Source of the DNA: Tubulanus polymorphus
Taxonomy: Eukaryota > Animalia > Nemertea
Assembly (NCBI RefSeq): GCF_964204645.1
Contig: NC_134029.1
Coordinates: forward strand, 4,588,001-4,652,000
Length of the DNA: 64,000 nt
Direction of reading: 5' to 3'
The translations under genes were made by a program, and so were the position numbers. Shown piece by piece: positions 55,484 to 64,000 of this stretch; the stretch's first letter is position 1; each line of letters opens with the position of its first letter. The notes below the pieces were generated by a model, which had not been told where the DNA came from, ran no database searches, and was given only the letters and a program-made list of their open reading frames with translations.

Positions 55484-56864
55484 TACTCATCGAGAAATCC
55501 TTCGGAAGTGACGTAATATGACAACACTACTACCGCCTGAGAGATCGTTTATTGGCGTCTACATAAGATAACGCATTAGCATAAATTGGTCATTTCGGGC
55601 ATGATTAAACCGGGATATGGATGGTACCAAAGCGACGTCGTCCTAACCAGTATTGCCAACAGTTAATGAGGTCAAATTGAAAACCATTGTGTTTGTGATG
55701 CGGCTAATTTCGCGGTCCTTAGCAACGCCATCGCCGTCGTACAGTACGGATGATGATTATACCCCGTTGAAGCCATTGTTATCGGCGGCGGGACGAATGG
55801 CAAGATTCGCCATTATTTACACACTTGTCATCGGGATTAATCTGGTTGTCTTGTCGAGGAATTGGGGGGTATTGTTTTAATCAAGAACAACGACTTCCAA
55901 TTAACCTCGCAGACTACGCTGTTCGATAGATCACCGATACACGGTATCGTCTGCGCGCCTGTGGTGTTTGATTAAACCGTTTTCGGGATTCAAATCATGC
56001 TGTTCGCTCGTCAGTCATAGATTGAATTCGATTGACGACCGATATCATTTCGTTCATACACTTCACAGTTTGAAATCCTCACAGATCGATGGTTTTAATC
56101 ATGTGGTCATTTTAAAATCAACCTAAACTTGTCAGCCGAACCAGAATTCATATTCAAGGATTTTACGCCAAAGCTCTCATCAGTCACTGTTATTCCGACA
56201 CAACTTTCTTCTCAATCCGTTTGGACATCGTAAGACCTATAAGTTACAATCTTCGATTCACTGCATGACTTCAAAGAAATGCTCTTAGTTTATTTACAGT
56301 ATATCCATCGTGGCGTCTCACAGCAAAAACGGCGTAATAGCTTTGTGATTTACAGTTGAATATTGACTCGCTGCAAAAACTGTCGTTTCCAATATTCGCT
56401 TCTCAGTGTATGTATATGCGTTTCACATATTTGGTGTAGCGCTCCTGGGACATGTAATCCATCATGTTATGGCAGTATGGCTTTACCAATCCCCTAATCA
56501 GTGGTATATATATGCAGAACAGGTTGTCGCCAATAACTTCTACTCGGCAATCAACTGTACTATTTATCACAATGAACCGTCGGATGTTTATGAGTTCTGT
56601 ATTGTTCTAACGGTTTCGGGTAATTCTTGTTTTATATCTTCGTCCAAATCAATTCCCATGTAGATTATGACTTAAGTTATTGCTGAGGTCATTCGCCAGT
56701 GGAATTTAGTCGTTTTAGTTATCGGGTCTATCTGGCTAATACCGAGGAGTCTGTCTTGTTTATTGCCAGACGTCTCTTACAAAGAATTCTTTAAGTATAT
56801 AATGAAGACACCAATAGTCTCACCCATTATATATATTAAGCTCTCCGAGACCAGTTGTGCATCC

Positions 56865-57050
56865 CAATATGTACATGTCGAATGCATGTACCCTCTTACC
56901 CCTAATGAGATGGTATGTGCACCATTGTACATACATGTATACATTACGGCCCATAATAGGATAGGCCTATCAAGCCGTGTTCTTCTAAATGCACATGTAC
57001 ATCAATGTGGTCTTCTGGCGTTCATTGTACATGCACATGCACATGAATGC
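56865..57050. repeat. Cluster of TACATGTA/CATGCA-type low-complexity palindromic motifs
   Basis: TGTACATGT, TGCATGTAC, TGTACATACATGTATACAT, TGCACATGTACAT and TGTACATGCACATGCACATG within ~190 bp. Confidence 0.6.
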
Positions 57051-57835
57051 GGGTTTTTAAGTAACAGTAGCACTGATTACCTCTTCTTATTATTGCATTG
57101 TTGTAGTTCTATTGGTGAAATTTTTCAATTCGACCAAATTCAATCAAAAGTTAACTGGGCCTTCTGTAAAAATGTAGCTTCAAACTGGATTCATCACATG
57201 ATTAAATGACAGACAGTTGTGACGACATCCTTTTGACGTGCAGCGCGCGACCCGCGACCAATTGCGCGAGACATTATGCCGCAATCAATGAGTGTCTGGC
57301 TTTTATGAAAATTCAAATGCATTGATCCATCTATCCATCCAGCTAGTTGTTATTTGCCGGGCGATCGTTCTCATCTCGTAATCCATCAATCTTTTCTCAT
57401 TTCTGTGTAACTTATCGGCAATAAATCTCGCCTTACCTACGTTTTATGATGAGCTCTTACGATCACGGGTATTGTTCGTTTATTGCGAGACATTTCTTTA
57501 AGGTTGCGCAGATATTGCCGGTTTCGGCGCTGGTCATTGTTTGTACGCTGCAATAATTGGCTTCACTAGGACATTGTTTCAATACGTTATCCCATCAATT
57601 ATATCAGCGACACGCGGGATATTTCACGTGGAATTGTCGACGGATTCTTCAATTAATTCTACCGCGGAGAAATTACCAAGGCTTGAATTGCAAACCCTTC
57701 ACTCGGGAAAGGGCCACAACGCTCGAGTAACGCATTTCAACCGTTTGCTGCAATTCTAAAAGCAGTCCATTGATCTACAGAGAAGATGTCTTCGGACAAT
57801 GTAGTAAAACATACACAAACCCTCAATCCAACCAT

Positions 57836-57876
57836 CCCGTCCGAGAATCGAACCCGGGACCTTTGACATTAAAGCC
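57836..57876 (-). mobile_element. tRNA-derived SINE fragment (variable loop plus T arm)
   Basis: Minus strand AAAGGTCCCGGGTTCGATTCTCGGACGGG, a typical tRNA 3' half. Confidence 0.5.
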
Positions 57877-59696
57877 AATATAGTCTCCGGCCAAGTTTTA
57901 TGAGAAGTGCTAAACATGGTGACCGTTTAGGCGTGATGATCAGTCAGGTGTGGTGACAGAAAAACGGACATTTAGAAATTTTAGGGGGTCCGTACGAGCG
58001 GACGAATTGATTGCCAATAACTTTGTTTGATTAAGCATGGGGTGGGGAGAGGACTTCCCTGGTATAAAAGTCATACGGCGTATCATGCTATATCATCTGT
58101 AATATCTCAGTGATACGAAGAGATTTACGACCACGATATAAGGATTAAAGTGATGCGTATAGGTATTGACGCGCGGGTAACTGACAATAAACTATGAAAT
58201 TATGACCTATTACTGAATGTAAAAGTCGTAAAAACCTATTACGCAATCCTACGCCAATCATAAACGTCACTTAAATCACGTGGTCTAATTATTTACGATG
58301 TCCAGGAGATCACGTGTGACTTGCGCGCATTTAACCGTCAAAAGGGTATTACCATTTATCAAAAAATAAATCTTTTCTTTCCAACACTTTTCCCATAATC
58401 TTTCCTCGTTTATTCATTGCAAATACTCCTTGTTCAATAGTAACTCTTGCTTCGCTTGTTTATCATAATGTTTTCCACGGAAACTAAGAAAAATCTCCAC
58501 GCAGCAAAGTCTTTTAAAGCTCGCCGTTTTTTCTTCAGCCATCGTTGGTCGCATTCTTTTCTTCTGGCGGCGGCGACAACTCGATATTCGTTATTGCAAT
58601 AATCGACGAATCGTTTGCGAAATATTTTATGAATTCCTCTCGAAATATTTGACATGTTTTCGCGTCTTGTTCGACATTCCCGAAGACAATCAACTTTATA
58701 AAGCCCGGTCTGTCGGTGACAAGCTTAGTGAGAATAAGATGTTTCGACGATTGTTTTCCGCCCCTATCAGAAAGGTCTAAATGGAGACGAGGGGAGTTTG
58801 AGCTGGTAATTGGTTAGTGTGTGCGGTATCGGCGGCGGTGCGGGCAACAATCGACTGATTACTGAATTGTGACAATAGAAAATGCCGCTGAGTCATTGCC
58901 GAGACTGGTGACTTCGAACTAATCAGTACCGGGGCTCAGTACGCAATAACGTCGTCTAACGCGAAGTCGTGCTGAAAAAATACCGTCATTTAAAACAGAT
59001 TAGCGAATAAATGCGCGCAGAAACATTGACCGCTCCTTTCACGGTGGTGAAGCAATGTTGGCTGTTTGTTACTTGCTCTTTTCGCAGTGGTATACTGTAT
59101 CACTACTTCATGTTTTAATTTCTCAACTCGACTTGAGATTTCTTCCCGATTTTGATAAGACGCAGAGAAGAACCTTTGGCCGAGAAACCAAGGATTCGAA
59201 CCCTTGGAACATTGGACGGGACCACCACTTCATTATATTCTTAAACATAATGTCGTTTTCATTGATACAGATTGATTGCATTATCTTATCAAGACGATAA
59301 TGATGTAAAATTTCGAAAACAAAAGAGAGATCCCCGCTGGGGCCCTGGTGGGTTGGGTGAGGATCGCGACCAACCCACTGACACAGAATCATCTCCCCTT
59401 CACAGACCACAGCCGTAGGATTCTCGGCGAAAAGCAAAGCAGAAAATAAATATTCTTGACAATCTTACTCGAAGATGCCCGAAGATATTTACTAAATGAA
59501 GGTTAACTTCAATTTCTCGCCCTTGAATGAAATTCTAAACCAGCGCGTCTGCGTCGAGACTAGCGCGCTGTTTGGCGCGAGTTCGTTCGCAAACACGTCT
59601 TGTAAACTTGAAATTACTTTTCTGCGCGATAAAACTTTAATCTGAACGCGCGATTCAAGATTATCAATAAACTCCGGACGAATATCCATCCCGTAT

Positions 59697-59744
59697 AGCA
59701 GCAGCAGCAGCCAGCAGCCAGCAGCCAGCATCCAGCATCCAGCA
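59697..59744. repeat. (CAG)n grading into 7-mer CCAGCAG/CCAGCAT repeats
   Basis: AGCAGCAGCAGCAGCCAGCAGCCAGCAGCCAGCATCCAGCATCCAGCA. Confidence 0.85.
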
Positions 59745-61055
59745 CGCTGCGCGTTATTAAACGCCGGTTGTGACTAAGTAGCAGGCTCGATGTTCAGTCG
59801 CCGTTCGTCCAATCAGCGAACGGTATCGAGCGAATGTCGTCACGCCGGATTCCTAGTCGACTGTGATTGTAGTACGAGCTCAGTAGCGCTACAGACGACA
59901 CTGTTGTATCAGTTACATAACACTTTCTCGTCAACTTTGACTTGAGGTGACGGAATGATGTCCCGAAATCGGAGCCGCTCCGGGGACAAGTTCGATTCAT
60001 AGTATCGTCAAAACAGTTTTGAAGGTTCGCTATTTTCGAAGTGGAAACTTTCCCATTCATCTGGTTAGGATACACTCTTCTTCACGTGTGGACAAAGTGA
60101 GCAGCAATGACGGAATCGCAAAGTAATTGCATCGGACGGTATTCTATAGTGAAATAAAAAAAAACCTAAGAAAATACGGATATTTCATTCATACCTAGTT
60201 CATGCAGCCACAGATATCGTAGTTCGTAATAAGTCGTGAAAAGTAATCCACAAAACGATATATCGGGAAATCTAAATAGTTCTACAGTCACTTAGGGATT
60301 GAATTCTTACTGTCATTATCCATTAGAAGGTAAGAAACATTGTCGTAACAATGTACATCTTTTTATATTTGTACATGGATTTTTTGTTTAAACCTTCAGT
60401 GTGAAATATACATGCGAAAGAAAGTCTTTTATTTTATCGTTTTTCCTCGTTTTTTTTTCTTTTCTTTTTATCATTCTGTGATTTTTCTTTCTTTGCGTCG
60501 ATTTTTCTCTCGATAAAACGGATAGAGCGTATATCGGCCCCGGCAAGCGAGCACGGATAATGACTATCGTGATGAGTTTATTCAATAAGTCACGGAACGT
60601 ACATTACAGCGCTAAAACCCCTTCTGAAGTTTCATCCGTCGACGCATCATCGTCGTATGCAAAAATTCAAATAAGCGGACGGCATTTGTCAAATTATCGA
60701 TTTTACAACAGCGAAAGGTTTCATTCGTACTAGATCCGCTTACCCTCAGATGAGACCGATGTCACACTGACTTGCGTGAGGCTTTAACAATCAAAATGCT
60801 CATCCGTTACTGACTAACTCATATCATTTCGCTCGAATCTCCACATGTGTGTTGGGTGTATATGCTGGACCAATAGTTTCACAGTTAGCATGTGATTCAA
60901 CTTGAAAAATTAGAAATGAACTGATTCTAACTCGAGCTATTCATCATTTTATATCATATTTGTCCACCGAATGAAAATAACCGTATCCAAATAATCTCAA
61001 CCATGGTCTTCATAAAAACGCGAGAGAAGAAGTTCTCGTAAATCAGACACGCTTA

Positions 61056-61403
61056 GGCCCGGTTTTGTAGACTGGTCTTAGCTTTTCATCATGGAAAATT
61101 TATCCCAATTGTTTATTTGATTGATTGATTGATCTGATTTTGTCCATTTCTACAAACCCACCACTCTCCAGCCGGAAACGAAACAGGGGCTTGGAAATCG
61201 GAAGTCGAAGTACAGATATAATTTTGGATGTGCGGTAAAATTTACTGATCTTTGTTTTTGGAAGAACCTGATGATTTGGAATTCGGTTCCGGGTTCGTGT
61301 AGACAATCTTCAATCTAGTCAACCCGGGGGTTTGTTATCTCGATTCATCAGAAATTGAGTTAACTCCGAGTTAAAGTCAATACCAGTCTATAAAACCGGG
61401 ACC
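61056..61403. mobile_element. 348-bp MITE with ~24-bp TIRs (PIF/Harbinger-like ends)
   Basis: Left end GGCCCGGTTTTGTAGACTGGTCTT; right end reverse complement GGTCCCGGTTTTATAGACTGGTATT. Flanks are TTA and TAA, with TA directly adjacent on both sides. Confidence 0.75.
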
Positions 61404-62022
61404 TAATGTTTTAAAACAACGACAACAACAAATCCCAGCGTTTAAGACCGTGATGAACTTTCGAAACGATTTAGAATAAGAATCACGAAAGAAAAATAAG
61501 AAAGACAAACACTAGCAATTTCAATATTTGATTAGCCGTGCGCGTGTGCGACATATCTCAAGAGATGATACGTATTTACCGTCTTCGCGAAGTAGTTGAG
61601 AGAACGCTCTGAAAGAGATTTCCTCGAGTGGAATTTTTGATCAGACTAAGACACGACCAGCCGGCGCATATATCGCTTAGTTTATTCATAATTGATAAAC
61701 CGAACGGAAAATCTGCGTCGACTTCTGTTTGTCAACGATCGAATTGGCACTTTCGGTTCCAGTTTAATTGACGTAAGTTAACACTAGACCGTGATCCCGA
61801 TGATGGGGTTCTATTGATTGACGTTTCTGGCATTCGTCTGGCAAATCTACTTAAAAACATACACGACTCTTATGACGAGTCAAATATTAGTTTGAGGTAC
61901 GTGTGGAAATATTCATCGGACAAGCGATTCCTCTTTATCAATGTTTATTTGAAATTTTACGAGAAAAGAAGGAAATTCAAAGCAGCTGGTCTATCGTGGC
62001 CTTCTAATCCAGTGCTGTATTA

Positions 62023-62360
62023 CGGGGAACTGGCAAAGCTACTGTGGCAATCGAGGATTCGGCACTAATGGCAAGCGAGGATCCGCCAGGTGCGCTAGTA
62101 GTCACTCGGCCTTCCGGGTTGAATTTTTTCCTCATCTCAGTTGAATTTGCTTTTCTATAAATCGATAAATCAATTATTAATGAAAACGATCACTGGGTAG
62201 AAAAATTCAATGTTTGATTTGGGCCCTGAAACAATTTGATTCGCGAGCCTAAAATTCAGTTCAAAGTTAATTGATTGTAAACAATAAATGAACTGAATTT
62301 TGCATAAGGCTGAGTGCTAGTCCCGCAATCTGGTGAGGTAGCTGGTGTTGTAGTTCCCCG
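62023..62360 (+). mobile_element. Copy C of the CGGGGAAC MITE family, best-preserved termini
   Basis: Perfect inverted termini ACGGGGAACT (62022-62031) and AGTTCCCCGT (62352-62361). Subterminal tandem TGGCAAkCGAGGAT twice; internal 13-bp inverted repeat AAAATTCAGTTCA (62251) / TGAACTGAATTTT (62289). Confidence 0.85.
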
Positions 62361-64000
62361 TTGCCGTTCGTATATCAGATCAACCTGCAGAGCATCATTC
62401 TTGAAAAAGCCTATAATCGTCGATGCCGTGTCGTTTCTTGCCGAAAGTGACATTTACCAAAGCAAAAACTTTCGAAAACTGATAACATGATACACGAAGC
62501 AGAAAATTAAACGGAGCCAGCAAATATCGGGGGATCTTTAACCGAATTTCGCGAAAGGTTTTAAGTCAACAATTTGGTATCATAGGTATTCCCTATCTGC
62601 TCGTGTCCTCGTGACTTTATGAAGCTGCTCATTGAAAAAAACGCTTCTTCGCTTTGTCGCCCTAATCCATCCATCGTAGGACAAAAAAATGAACCGACTT
62701 CGGCTTTATTTCCCTGGCTGCTACTCGATGCCGCCGCGGAGCAACCCGCCGCATAGACTTGTCAAAACTCCGCTCACGCATTCTCATACAGTAACCGCTT
62801 ACAGTCGACATGCAGACATTTGCGGCGTTTATTCGCTCAATTGACGCCGCGCATGAAATTCTAATTTTTGATATTCGATCCGACGCGGTCCCTACGCGCC
62901 GGGGAAGTTTTCCCACATTGTCAGTCATTATGCAAATTCAATCAGGTATACGGCGCGATTGTCATTCTCGACGCGGCGCGCTCCGCAGCTGGTTCAGACG
63001 CGCCTCGTGAAATTATTACCCGTGCGCGAAAATTGAAACGATAAAACTTCGCTAACAAACTTACAAGATATTTTCCTCCCGCAACGCCTAGAATCAGATC
63101 ATCGCATATTTCATATATCTATTGTATATCCCTACGTATATATAGTTGTGTTTCTATAGCCTAGGGACAGCCAACGACTGATCCAATTTGCGTTACTGAC
63201 AGCAAGTCTGAAAGGTTTTTCTGACGTGAGATTTTATCCAATTTCCTAACGTTTCGCTGGCACTATTGTGTCAGCAATTCCGAATCTCGACGACTGCGCG
63301 AACTTCCCTCGACTTATCTATTGCGACTTTGATATGTAACTGATTATCGGCGATAAAGAGTATGAAATTATGACGAATTCTGCGTCGCCGAGAATCAGAG
63401 GATTTCAGTAATCGCCAATGAATTTATAGATCGAAAGAGACGGACAACTTTTTCTTTCTTCAGCCTTTTTTATTTCGCCGATGTATAAAGAAAAGCGACC
63501 AGGGTTCACGTATCCGGTTCACGAGAAAGTTAAACTCACATTTATTTGTTATATACTTTTTTATGTTTTCAAATGAGGTCAAAAATTCTAACCGTAACTT
63601 ATAACTAAACCGTTTTAATCCTACAACCTTTTCACGAAATTGGAACTCGAATGATTTTTGTTTCACTTATTAAACACATTTTTTTTCCGATTTTGTTTTT
63701 AGTTTTACTTTGAAATCCTTAATATTCACATCTATTTCCTAAGCTGCACGATCTATTTTCCTATATAGACGATGGACTATCGGTTTTCCACCCACTTCGT
63801 GCTGTTTCTTTGCTCAATGAGTATTAAACCTGAAAATGGACGGTTCCACGATGATATATTTATGCCGTAATCAATCCTTGTGATAATCCAGTATCAGATT
63901 ATATCAGATTGTATATCTTGATAAAATTAATCGGGTATTAACGACACAACCGACGAATTCGTCAGGTAAAAACCAACATAATATGATATTCTTGTTTGCA

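Noticed and set aside
56763-57209. 148-aa plus-strand ORF
   Set aside because: Non-ATG start, and kept open by the TACATG low-complexity motifs (H/V/Y/C-rich).
55415-57876. Possible tRNA genes at the B-box sites
   Set aside because: No complete cloverleaf or acceptor stem; recorded as SINE-like fragments instead.
62334-62355. let-7-like 22-mer TGAGGTAGCTGGTGTTGTAGTT (17/22 identity to let-7)
   Set aside because: Lies in the end of a MITE, has no 3' star arm, and is too diverged for this highly conserved miRNA.
1-64000. CRISPR array or prokaryotic operon-type system
   Set aside because: No regularly spaced direct repeats with unique spacers and no gene-dense coding structure; the sequence looks eukaryotic and non-coding.

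Overview
This window looks like animal genomic DNA, probably from an invertebrate: roughly 40% GC by eye, CpG not depleted, and no bacterial-type gene density. I find no intact protein-coding gene, rRNA, intact tRNA or CRISPR array. The listed ORFs are short and look like chance frames, so the 64 kb is most likely a gene desert or a very large intron or 5' regulatory domain. Supported content: (i) several diverged MITE and DNA-transposon families, including a 4-copy ~340-bp TA-flanked family, one copy of which carries a nested 83-bp hAT-like insertion; (ii) tRNA/SINE-like Pol III B-box elements, two of which form an inverted pair; (iii) badly decayed Ty3/Gypsy pol and probable transposase remnants; (iv) candidate non-coding exons; (v) an apparent excess of AP-1 and CRE motifs and homotypic homeodomain-site clusters. 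The best lead is a set of minimal type I hammerhead-ribozyme motifs of the Penelope-associated kind. Two cores are identical over 38 bp (34449-34486 on +, 46419-46456 on -). One sits in a ~135-bp palindrome with a decayed antisense twin; the other is followed in tandem by a second half-hammerhead. All family assignments come from reading by eye and remembered motifs; no searches were run.
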